From NCBI RefSeq assembly GCF_963921235.1, contig NC_086104.1, positions 103,354,001-103,418,000 of the forward strand: a DNA stretch of 64,000 nucleotides. Reading direction: 5' to 3'. Every line of letters starts with the position of its first letter. Position 1 is the stretch's first letter. The translations under genes were made by a program, and so were the position numbers. The notes beneath the pieces are model-generated. The model saw only the letters and a list, made by a program, of their open reading frames with translations, was not told the origin of the DNA and did no database searches. This document shows, one piece after another, positions 41,060-53,473 of this stretch. Source of the DNA: Mobula hypostoma. Taxonomy: Eukaryota.

Positions 41060-44000
41060 TTTCCTGCAAAAATGTACGATCTCACTTCCTCCCACAAATT
41101 CTCTCTATTGCCTCCTTACCTGATCATCACAATTTACGTTCCCATCTCTCTTTATGTCACCAGTAAGTTGCAATATTCATGGTGAGCTTTCATTTTCTTG
41201 TACCCTGTGAAGGAGCAGCTTATTAAATGGACATCTCAGTTCAGGACAACCACTGTTTCCTTTATCCACAGCTTGTGTTCCCACTTCAAAGGTTGTTAAA
41301 TGTGGAATCACTTTCACAAAACCCTGTCTACTTCACCTGATTGTTTGAAGTTTTGGAAATGTGCATTTATTCTCTCTGTTGTTTCAGCTTCAAGTGTTCT
41401 CTGGAACAGGTGCTTAACTGTGGACAGGTGACCAGAACTGCACACAATACTCCAAATTTGGCCTCATCAATGTGTTATACAACTTCAACATAACATCTCA
41501 ACTCCTGTACCCAATGTTTTGATTTATGAAGGCCAATGTGCCCAGAGCTCTCTTTACGACCCTACCTACCTGTGACCCCACTTTCAAGAAATAATGTGCC
41601 TGTAACCCAGATCACACTGCAAGCTACACCCACAATCTAGGTGTCATCTGCAAATGTGCTGATCCGCTTTACCACTTCATCATCCAGATCATTGATATAG
41701 ATGACAAACAAAAATGGACCCAGCACCGAACCCTGCTTAAGAGGGGATATGATTTACATATGGAAAATCATGTGGTGCAGAGATTGGGTAGGTTGCAGAG
41801 AGCTTTCCCTAGATCAGAAGTAGATAGATGTGCTGCATGGGGTTAGGGTGTTAGGTTGAGTGGGCAAGAGAGTAAGAGAGGATCTGAGAAGGCCCTGTAA
41901 CCCAGAGTCCCTGGAGTACGCTGCCAGAGAGAACAGTGGAAACAGAGTCGTCGATGATATTTCAGAAATGTCTCCTCAAACATGTTAATTACCCAGATTA
42001 AATTGAACTTGCTTTCCCCTCACTTTCTAAATTCTGACCTGAAATGTTCACTCTCTTCGCTTCCTGAGCTGCTGAGGGTATCCAGCGTTCTCTGCTTTAG
42101 TTTCAATTTCAATAATTGTCCTTTTGGTCCTGGTGCCAAATTCTGTATTTCTTACCCAACTGCAGTTCTGATCCTGAAATATCCTGGTGAAGCCCCTGTG
42201 GAAGTGTCTACGGGGGCTCCCTGACTGACAGTTCACTCTGCCCCAACTCCCAGTCTGTGTTCAGAATGTCACATGATATGAGGCCACTTCCTTGGGGCAT
42301 TTGTGTTTTATATCACTGACATTGTTCCTGTGGCAATGGGATGGTGTCATCCATGTGGGAGGGGTGGGGGGGGGTTGGCTTAGGATGCGGGAGAGGTGAG
42401 ATTATCCTTGGTGGGGCAAAAGAGACTGAACTGAAGTGGGGTTCATCTGTACCTGTTTCAGTTTTGAAGAATGAGAGGTGATGTAATAGTCTTCTGCTGA
42501 GGTTTGCAGATTAATCTGGATAGATGGAGAAGACAGCATCTGGATCAGATGAGCCGCTCCTTAATCTCTGCCGTTGCCATGTGGATCTGGAAGTGGACTG
42601 GTGGAGTCTGGTGCGCCTGACTGATCATCCATGGTGGGCATCTTCTTTTCCTGCCTGGTATGTGTCTGTCAGTGCCTTACTGCACCAGCTCTGTACTGCA
42701 GGCTTCCATTCTCATCCTTGGGCTCACATCCTTCCTTGGTCCTCAACCCTTCACTCTCTGTGTAACATCTTCATGTGCTGACAAACTCTCACAGATGTGC
42801 TCTTCTCCCTCTGTGGTCCTTCTGCATCTACACATCCGTACTGTTTCCAGATCGGAGACCTGTGACCAGTGGTGTGCCTCTGGGATCTGTGCCTGCACCC
42901 ATGTTGTTTGTCATATATATTAATGATATGGATGTGACTGTTGATAAATTGATTTTTAAAATAAATAAATTACTATTTTTGATTGGAGGCCTGTGACCAG
43001 TGGTACTGCTGTGAAGGTGCTGTGTATTTTGTTTGTCAAATATATTGACAATCTGGACGAGAACATATCTGGTGTGTTTAAATTTGTAGTTGACACCGAA
43101 ATTGATGGTATTCTGAAATGAAGAAGATCATCCAGTCATCTGGTACCTCATCTATGGCAACGTGAATACCTTTTAATTTCTAAGATTTGCCCACAGGGTG
43201 TCATGTGAAAAGCCTCTGAGACATCCACCATCATTACTGGAGTGATGGTCTCTCTCACCAATGATGCTATGTCATCTCCTCTTTTACATCCCTCCCTATC
43301 ACGTGTGAACCTCTCAAATGCAGAGTGGTCAGACTTGAGGCTGTAGACAGTGCAGACTGTGCACATGTGATGGAGAGGAAAGCCCGATATTTTTCAAATG
43401 TTGTAAATGTACCTACATTACAACTTCCTCTGGCAGCTCACTCTGTATACCCACCACTCTCTGTGTGGAAAAACTTCCCCTCAGGTCAGTTTTAAATTTC
43501 TCCTCTCTGAACTTAAATCTCTCCTAGTTTTAGATTTCCCCCACCCTGGGGAAAAGACTGAGATAATCCAACTAGTCAGTGCGGCCTGTGGTTTTATAAA
43601 TTTCTATACATTTTCTCAGCATCATAATCTCGAAAGATATACAGTCACAATCTATTCAGTCTTTTCTTATTTCTCAAGCCCTCCAGTCATGGTAACATTC
43701 CTGTGAATGTGTGCTGCACCATTGCCACCTGAATGACATCTTTCCTGTTGCTGGCTGACCAGAACTGCACACAATACAGTGTGACTTCTCCAACAACGTG
43801 TACACCCCAACTCCTGTACTTGATGCACCAACCAACGAGGGCAAGCCTGCCAGTGCCCGCTTCACCATCCTGTTTCCCCACGTCTCTGTTTTCCTGGAAC
43901 ACGTGTCTCTGCTTTATGGCCCTCCCCAAAACTCTGCCATTCACAGTGCAAGCTCTGAAAAGGAAAAACCTCACACTTGTTTGTGTTAAGTTCCATCTGC

Positions 44001-45316
44001 TACTTGTAGGTTCACTTCCCCCGTTCATCAGGATCCTGTTCTCTCCTGGGTAACTCTCCCTGACCACTGTACCACTGACTTTGCTGTCACCTACAGCCTT
44101 ACCAACCACTGGGCTTTCCCAATGGGCCTGAGATTGTTGCCCCCTGTAAGCACGAGGGCTGTGGGAAGGATGAACACCTAAACCATAGCACCATGGTTCA
44201 GGGAGCCACTTATGACGGGGGAAAGAAGAGGAACATAGTTGTGATTGGGGATAGTATATTCAGGGGAAGGGACACGTTATTCTCTCCTGAGCATCCAGAG
44301 TCCCGAACACACAAGGCTTATTGTTACCGGACAGCTTTTTGCTGTTGGTGATGAGGTTTAATTGCCGTTAAAGCAGTTAATTACCTGCATTCTGGTGATG
44401 TAACTGTCCTGAACCTTACTCTGAATCTATTTGAGACTCAGAATGGGTTAACGGTCGTTTCACAAAACAACTTCACATCGGAGTTTCGGCCCTGACTGCA
44501 GTTTTCAAACCGTCCATAGCCTGATGCGTCTTAAATAATAAAAAACTGTCATGTTCTATGAAGCAGCATTTATACTGATCAGTGATTCAATACGAGACTC
44601 TCTCATACCGCAAAACTAACTTTCGGGGACGCTGCGGATTAGGTTCTATGTATTATTTCTGTGGTTTTTATTCATTTGCACGATTTGTCCTCTTTTGCAC
44701 ATTCGTTGTTTGTCGGTCTTTGTTATGTGTGTTTTTTCATAGATTATATTGTTTCCTTACTTTGTGGGTGCCTGCAAGAAGATGAATTAAGGTTGTATAT
44801 GGAGTACAGATCTTGATATAAATTTACTTTTGTACATTTAACTTAATTCACAGTCACATTATGAATGCATCAGCGTCTTGTGACGGCTCCTATTCACACA
44901 CACCTGTAATTACTTACTTTTGAACTATTCTACAAAATAACTTTCCTTTCGGTGGACTTTACAAATGTCACGATCTCGGTGGTCTGGCGGTCAGTTTTGG
45001 CGCTTTTCCTGTTGCCGCCTGTTAATTGGTGAATGAGGCTGCTCTCTCATTGGGCTGTTTCATTCATCAACAGATTTACCACCAATCGCCACTCTACATT
45101 CATTCAGGAAATCGGGACGACAGCGGAAAAGTCTTTATTTTCTGGTAAAATTAGGCAATTCGGGAATGGGAGAGAGTCCGGGCTGAGAGGGCGCTCTGTG
45201 CAGATAACTGCGGTAGCTTTGAGAGTTTAAGACGGTTGTCTACGACAGACACTCTGAACGGTAAACCCCCGGACTCACCCCAGTCGGTGCTCAGCCCTTC
45301 CACAGACAATCTGAGT

Positions 45317-45332
45317 GGCTCTGAAAAGAGCC
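45317..45332 (-). terminator. Histone 3' stem-loop of H2A copy 2
   Basis: GGCTCTTTTCAGAGCC plus GGAAGGGCTG. Confidence 0.95.
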
Positions 45333-45360
45333 TTTGGGTTTTTAAATTGTCGCTTTCTCT

Positions 45361-45885
<525 letters not shown>

Positions 45886-47060
45886 TCAGTGAGCTGTCCG
45901 ATTCTCCAATGATAAGACGGCAGCAAGAGAAGCGCGAAAAATAACTGTCACTCCCCAGAAGGACATGAAATTAGAAAAATTTCAAAATATATTTATTATC
46001 AAACTATATAGAGCTTTGATGTTCATCTCCTCAGAGGCAGTCACAAAACAAAGAAACCTAATAGAACTCATTAAAAAAGACTGTCAAACACCCAATGTGG
46101 AAAAAAAGATCAAATTGTGCAAACTATAAAAGTAAACAAATAATACTCAGAACTAAAGCTCATGAAAGTGAGTTCACAGCCACGAAGCCGGTCCAGGATC
46201 CTGTTAGTTACAGGCTGCAGCCTTACTTCAGCACAGGGACCAATACTCTCCACCGAGCAGCAAGCTGAACAACTCCCTCACTCCAGACCTGACAGACTGA
46301 CACTTTCAATATGGCTTGGAGCTTAAATCGCTGAAACATCAGCTCATCCCTGGCTCTCGGACCCGGGGTTTGCTGCATTTATCGGTTCTTGGGCCTGGGC
46401 CCCACCAAAGGAGAAACAAAATTAAACAATAGACCAAAAGAAAGCAATTGGAAATCTCTGTGTGAACGTGGACTCCCTGCATAACCACTCACTTTATCCT
46501 AGTTACTGTCCACAGAGAATGTGAATTAATTCTTCCATAACTGCCTCTGGTAGTGTATCCTTCTTTGTGAAAATGTGTCACATCATGGAACATCAACTGG
46601 TGGAAGCAGAGAAACAGCAATATGACAGTTAATTTATGCTGGTGTAAATTCAGGGCAGCTGGGAAATAGTATAGTTGAGTGACCAAACAGCATTCACTTC
46701 CTAACTATAACCCGAACAACAGAGAGCATACAAAAATCCCATGTAACTCCATCCACCTTTAATGGAGAGTTCAGTGGGACAAGTGTTTGAAGATGGGGCA
46801 GGAGAAGGGGAAGCTCCGTGTTAGTTCAGTGTGCAGGATCACAGGAATGTCACCAGGCAGGGCGACAGCTAATCGTCATCAACATGATCCTAATGAATAT
46901 TATCTCCTGAAAGAGGAAAATTGAAGCAGTTGCAGAAAAGTATTGTCGAAATACTAAGACGTGCCTCTTCAATATTTTCCATGACTCTTTAATGGAAACT
47001 GTGTGGTGTTTAACTGAGCCATTGGGTTTTCAGTTTGTTTTGTCAGCACTCTGTGGAAAT

Positions 47061-47290
47061 ACACTTGGAGCTGGTGTATTTGGTCAATGCATTTGTCCCT
47101 TCCGACATGGCGTGATCTGACAGCTTCCCAAGCAGCAGTACGCACATGGCAGTCTGGATCTCCCGGGAGCTGATGGACAATCATTTCTTATAATGGCCAG
47201 GCAGGAAGTCTCACCTGTGATGTACTTGAAAATATCATTCACAAATGTGTTCATGATGTTCATGGCCTTGGAGGAGATGCTGATGTCTCC
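47061..47290 (-). pseudogene. H2B: Histone H2B pseudogene (3' two-thirds), with a decayed stem-loop at 47005-47020
   Basis: Minus strand reads DISISSKAMNIMNTFVNDIFKYITGETSCLA, then a frameshift, then [38 protein letters not shown]. Canonical H2B is [65 protein letters not shown]. Followed by ggctcagttaaacacc and aaagagtc. Confidence 0.9.
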
Positions 47291-47299
47291 AGAGCTTCA

Positions 47300-48530
47300 A
47301 CATCTATAATGGTGTGACCAAACTGTAAGCAATACTCCAGATGTGATCCAACTAGATTTTTATAAACTGCAACATAACTTCATGACTTTTGAACATTGTC
47401 TCAACTGATAAAGGTAAGCCTGCCATAGGCTTTCTTAACCAGCCTATCAACCTCTGTAGCCACATTCACGGAGCTATGAACTTGGTGCCCAAGATCCCTC
47501 TGCTCATCAACACTATTGAGGGTCTTGCCTTAAACTATCTCTTTACATTTGACCTAACCAGGTGTAACACTTCACATCTGGCCGGGTTAAAATACATCTG
47601 CTATTTTTCTGCCATTATCTGCTCCTGATCTATATCCCACTGTATTCTTTGCCCATCTTCTACACTATCCACAACACAACCAATGTCTGCATCATCTACA
47701 AACCAACTGACCCACCCATTTACATTTTCATCCATGTCATTTAGATACATCACAAACAGCAGAGTAAGATCTCTGCAGAATACCAGTAATGACAAGCCTC
47801 CAGGTGAAATACGTCCCTTCGATCACTACCATCTGTCTTCTACGAACAAGCCAGTTGTGAATCCAAATGGCCAATTTACCATGAATCCCATACATCTTAA
47901 TCTTCTGGATGAGGAACCTTGTCAAACACCTTACTAAAACCATGTAGACTACTGTACCTTCATCAATCACCCTCATCACTTCATCAAAATACTCATTTAA
48001 GTTAGTAAGACACTACTTACTCCACATAAAGCCTTGCTGTCTCTCCATAATTAGGCCATGATTTTCCAAATGCTCATAAATTTTATTCCTAAAATTTCCC
48101 TCCAGTATCTTTCCTACCATTGACATGAGACTCACTGGTCGACAGTTTCCAGGATTATTCCTGATTCCCTTCTTGAATAATGGAACAGTATTAGCCACGT
48201 GCCAGTCCTTCAGGAATTCACCTGTGGCTGGAGAGGACATGGAGATATTGGTCAAGGCCTTTAATAATTTCTTGTCTTGCTTCTCTCAATAACCTGAGGT
48301 ATATCCCATCAGGCCCTGGGGACATATCCACTTTAATACTCTTAAAGAGACTCAGCACTACCTTCTACTTTACCATGAAATGCCCTGGTATGTCAATACA
48401 CTCAGCATTGATCTCCCTATCCTCCACATCCTCCTGCTTGGTAAATACTAATTTAAAGTACTCATTAATGGCTTCAACCACATCATTGACATCCAAGCAA
48501 GTGTTTCCCCTTTATCCTTGAGTGGTCCTA
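47300..48530 (-). mobile_element. Old CR1 LINE (continues at ~49750-50110 beyond a nested CR1)
   Basis: Motifs DWHVANTVPLFKKG.RNNPGNCRPVSL, GIHGKLAIWIHNWL and FVDD. Confidence 0.7.
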
Positions 48531-48582
48531 CTCAATGATAAAGGATTGGTTGTGTTGTAGATAGTGTAGAAGACGGGCAAAG

Positions 48583-49748
48583 GCACAAAGGTTGGGGTGT
48601 TGTGAATAGTGTGGAGGGCTATCAGAGGTTACAGTGGGACATGGATAGAATGCAAAACTGGGCTGAGAAGTGGCAGATGGACCAGAGGGGCCTTGGAGTC
48701 CGAGTCCCGAGGACACTCAAAGCTGCTATGTGGGTTCACTCTGTGGTTAAGAAAGCATACAGTGCATTGGCCTTCATCAACTGCGGGATTGAGTTTAAGA
48801 GCTGAGAGGTAATGTTACAGCTCTATAGGACCCTGGTCAGACCCCGCTTGGAGTACTGTGCTCAATTCTGGTCACCTCAATACAGGAAGGAAGTGGAAAC
48901 CATAGAAAGGGTGCAGAGGAGAGTTACAAGGATGTTGCCTGGATTGGGGAGCATGCCTTATGAGAATAGGTTGAGTGAACTCGGCCTTTTCTCCTTGGAG
49001 CGATGGAGGATGAGAGGTGACCTGAGAGACGTGTACAAGATAATGAGAGGCATTGATCATGTGGATAGTCGGAGGCTTTTTCCCAGGGTTGAAATGGCTA
49101 GCACAAGAGGGCATAGTTTTAAGGTGCTTGGAAGTAAGTACAGAGGAGATGTCAGGGAGATGTCATATTTCTATACACGAATGCTCCGGATGGCTCTTGA
49201 TGTGAGTTGACAACAGCATATGACGAATGTCGAGCTCTTTAACAACCTACCGATGCTCAGCACTAAACCGAGGTGAGAAGACTGCAACTAGCGGGGCACT
49301 GTCTACGCCACCCCGAGATACCTGCCAGCCTAGTCATCATATGGGAGGATGAACCCTGGGCGCCCTCTCAAGACTATGGTCAACACGCTCCTAGAAGACA
49401 GCGGCACGGCTAATGTGGATGAACTGAACACACTGATGAGGGAGAGGGAGAAGTGGAGAGTCTGTCATCGTGCCCGACGCCGGCCCCCTAGGCCTGAGTC
49501 GACGTAGTAGTAGTAGATGTCAGGGGTAAGTTTTTTTATGCAGAGAGTGGCGAGTGCGTGGAGTGGGCTGCCGGTGGCAGCAGAAACAATAGGGTCTTTT
49601 AAGAGACACCTGGATGGATACATGGAGCTTAGAAAAATAGAGGGCTATGGGTAAGCCTAGGTAGTTCTAAGGTAAGGACATATTTGGCACAGCTTTGTGG
49701 GCCGAAGGCCCTGTATTGTGCTGTAGGTTTTCTATGTTCTACGTTCTA
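48583..49748 (+). mobile_element. CR1 LINE 3' fragment (same subfamily as 7827-10594) carrying a nested RTE-type fragment
   Basis: MLQLYRTLVRPRLEYCAQFWSP..RMRGDL, ending in a ttctatgttctacgttcta tail. Confidence 0.85.
49158..49514 (+). mobile_element. RTE/RTEX-type LINE 3' fragment with (TAG)n tail and 11-bp TSD
   Basis: TSD AGATGTCAGGG at 49147-49157 and 49515-49525. Coding remnant YTRMLRMALDVS..RRLQLAGHCLRHPE.PA..GRP.KT. Confidence 0.8.
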
Positions 49749-50109
49749 CTCTCTCCCTAGTCGTCACATTGCTCCTGATGAATGTACAGAATGCCTTAGG
49801 ATTCTCTTTAATCCAACTGGCCAAGGATTCTTCATGCCCTTGGCTTTCCTAATTACTTTCTTGAGATTTTTTCTGTATTCCTTGTAATCCTCAAGTGGTC
49901 TGCTTGATTCTAACTACATAAGCTTTACTTACTTTTCCATTTTCTTCTTGACAGAAGTCATCACCTCCCTGACATCCAAGGTTCTCTTACCTTGCCATCT
50001 CTGTCCTTCCTTCTGACTGGAAAATATCTGCTCTGTACTCTGTGCAGTTTGTCTTCAGGCATCTTCCACATATAAAAGATATGATAAAGATTGCATAAAA
50101 GATATCTCT

Positions 50110-50585
50110 CCCAATTAACTCTCTGGGTTAAAGTGCATGGGCCTATAACAAGAGTTGGACAAACTTGGGTTGTCTTCTCTGGAGTACCAAAGGCTGAGGG
50201 GAGATCTGATGGAGGTTTATAAGATTGTGAAAGGCAGGTATAGAGAAGGCAGGAAATATCTTTTTCCAAGGATTGAAATGTCTAGTACCAGAGGGTATGC
50301 GTTGGAGATGAGAGGGGGTAATCGCAAAGGAGAAGCGAGGGGAAAATGTATTATACAGAGAGTGGTCGGAGCCTGAAATATGCTGCTGGGGGTGGTGGTA
50401 TACGCCAAAAGATTAGTGACTTTTAAGAGATGTTTAGATAACCACATGAATGTGTGGAAAATGGTAGGATATGTACATTGTGTAGGGAGAAGAGATTCAT
50501 TTAGTTATCACAATTATTACTAATTTAATGGGTTGGCACCACATAGAGGGCTGAAAGGCCTGTTCCCTTGCTCTACTGTACTATA
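50110..50585 (+). mobile_element. CR1 3' fragment
   Basis: LGLSSLEYQRLRGDLMEVYKI, ending in ggcctgttccttgctctactgt. Confidence 0.7.
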
Positions 50586-50692
50586 TTCAATACAACAGCC
50601 ACACCAGACTGTAAGTGCACGGAACATTACAACAGCCGCTACACAACAGTCAGGGCACAGACTGTTACAATAGCTGGTACCACACTGTAAGG

Positions 50693-53246
50693 TAGTGGTC
50701 ACCAACCCTTTTTAGGCCCAAGATCACCTACCTTGACCTTAGTGAAAGGCAAGATCTACCTACTAAATCGTTTAGAGAAAAAACAGCTCAGATTGTACTT
50801 CCAATTTGAGGCCTTTTATTTGGGCTAAATGTATTTGAATTACACAAAATACTTCTGTCAAACTTTCAAATTAGTTCAAACAAGAAAACACTGTAACTGG
50901 CATATCAAACAGGCCATAGCTGTCTTTCTTTAAGGATATTACAATACTTCACACCTTTAATTCTAAGTTTTATTATTTAGTTTTATTTCAACACGAAAAA
51001 TAAATGAATAAAAATTGACTGTTCCACTCAGTGTGATGACTGGGGCTGAATACTTTCTGCTAGTTCCCTGAAATTTGGCTCATACCTACAGACAGCCAGT
51101 CTGAGACAGTCTGTGAGGTATCTGTCAGTAAGAGAACTCCTGTACTTAGATTTAATAATTTTCATCTGTGAAAATGCAATTTCACACAGGTAAGTTGACC
51201 CGAAGTAGGCACTGACTTTTAGTGCACATGCGGTGCGATAAGGAAACTTCTCCCTGCTAGCAAGCCCCCAAAGTCACCGTCCCTTGATCTTGTTTTAAGC
51301 TTGATGTCATTTTGCAAATCAATTATTTCCATTTCAGAATCACTTGGCACACCAAATACTTGCTGGAGTTTGGCTGCTATCTGTTCTATATCGATCGGCA
51401 GAAATGGGTTTGAAATAAATGCAGCAATATCTTTCATGATGTTTAACTCCCCAAAATGCCGATCGAACTCTATTGCCAGTTTGTCTAAGTGAGCACAGTA
51501 CTGCTCAGGGCGAAAAGCATTTTTTTCCGTGATGGCTGGTAACATTTTTTCCAAGTTGGGAAAGTGTGTCAGCCTCCCTATCTTTAAATTTGAAATCCAA
51601 ACACTGAGCTTGGCCTTAAATGCCTTTACTGCACTTATCATGTGGGTTAGGTGTTGGTCTTTTCCCATGAGCTCGTTATTAAGTGTGTTTAATTTAGCCG
51701 TTATGTCTGTCAGAAACGCTAAATACAGTAGCCACGCATCACCTGACAGCTCCTTGTGCTCGTCGTTTCTTGTTGACAGGAAAGTCTTTATCTCAGGCAG
51801 CAAGTCAACAAATCGTTGCAGTACTTTGCCACGATTCAACCACCGAACATCAGCATGAAGAAGTATGTCTCCGTAAGCGGCATCCAGCTCATCCTTGAAT
51901 TCAACGCCTTGAATAAGCGGTGCTGAAGCGCTTTTGCTCGAATCAAGTTTATCAGTTTGACCACCAGTGTCATTACATGAGAAAAGTCCACAACCTTCCC
52001 AGCCAAGGCCTGCTGATGAATCACACAGTGATAATCTAGGAAGCTGGGAAAATCAGGGTCATTACGGCACAGTGCTATAAAACCAACGCGCACACCACGC
52101 ATTGCTGGAGCCCCATCAGTAGCAATTGCCACCAGTTTATGAATGGGGATGTCATTTTCATGGATCATACTTTTTAAACTCATTGTAATTATCCTCACCT
52201 CTCGTTCTCTCCTTTAATTGCAAAAGCGTCAGGAAGTCCTCCTTTGTTGTAAAATCCTGGAAAGCCATTCTGATAAATACAACAAGCTGAGCTGTTTGCA
52301 TTACATCCAGGGACTTATCGAACTGCAGTGAAAAATATTCACAGAGTGACAATTCCTTTAATACTTGTCGATCCACATCCTCTGACAGTGACTCCACCCT
52401 CCTTGTCACTGTTGCAGGGCCAAGCTGTATATTATGTATTGTGGTTGTGATGTCGCTTTTGTTTTTAAAGCCATTGAAAACAGTCTCTGTGGTAATGGTC
52501 ATTGCTTCCTTGAATAAATCGCCATCTGTAAAAGGCTTCTTGTGTTTAGCCAAAAGGTGACTTACAGGAAATGATGCTTCAATAGCAGCCTTATTTTGAG
52601 CAGCATGTTTTGTGAAAAAGGATTGCTGGGCCTTCAACCCCGATTTCAGATCCTCAACTTTCCAGGCACGAATTGCGCTCTTTGAGGGGTTGGTGTCTTT
52701 AAATTTCTGATGGTTGGTGTTGTGGTGCTGCTCCAGATTCCCTCTTTTAGTCAGCGCTTGTGTTTGGTGGCACAACATAATACACACTTGTCTTTCAGCA
52801 AGGTAAATCGAAATTCTTCTTCCCATTCTGGATGGAAGTTGTACATTTTCGCCTTCTTTCGTGGAGCCTCTGCCAAACTAGCTAGTTACCTTGCAGGATA
52901 TCACGAGTGAGTGCTGTATATTGATGTTTGCGACAGTCAGTACTCTTATCTAATTTAATTGGTCGCTTTGATGCAGCACAGGCTACGCTGAAAATGTAGT
53001 GCATGGCGGGGGAGTTACACACAAGCGCACTGGGCAGAAAGAACGGAACTAAACCCTCGCAACCCAGAAACAATCTCTCTTTACAAATAGTTTTCAATAG
53101 TGAAAATATTGTTATATTACCATTATCCTCATTAGTATTACTTACTTTTATAATGCTCACATTACAACAGTATTTGTGTATTTATTTTTCATTTTTTTCA
53201 GGATCGACTGGGAAAGTCTCAGCGATCGACGGGTTGGCGAACCCTA
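50693..53246 (-). mobile_element. Full-length hAT DNA transposon (Buster/Charlie group) with a disrupted transposase (~51028-52876)
   Basis: Perfect 8-bp TSD CTGTAAGG (50685-50692 and 53247-53254). 15-bp TIRs TAGTGGTCACCAACC and TAGGGTTCGCCAACC (12/15). Motifs KHKKPFTDG, YFSLQFD.S.D, ATDGAPAM, HCVIHQQAL and FGSTYLCE..FS.M lie across frameshifts. Confidence 0.95.
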
Positions 53247-53473
53247 CTGTAAGGGCACACACCGTTATAACAGCCAATACCGTATAGTAAGGGTACAGAC
53301 TGTTACAGTAACGACACAAACCATTACAACAGCCGGTACCATTCTGAAAGGGCACAAACAGTGACAACAGCCAGTACTGTACAGTAATGGTGCAGCCAGT
53401 ATGATTCTGAGGGGGCACAGACGTTTCCAAAAGCCAGTATTGTACAGTAAGGGCACAGGCTGTTACAACAGCA

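Noticed and set aside
51219-52826. Host gene of the GTF2IRD2/ZBED/EPM2AIP1 type
   Set aside because: It is bounded by TIRs and a TSD and broken by frameshifts, so it is a transposon copy rather than a domesticated gene.
53255-53473. CRISPR-like array
   Set aside because: The units are degenerate and head-to-tail with no unique spacers, there are no cas genes, and the context is eukaryotic. It is a minisatellite.
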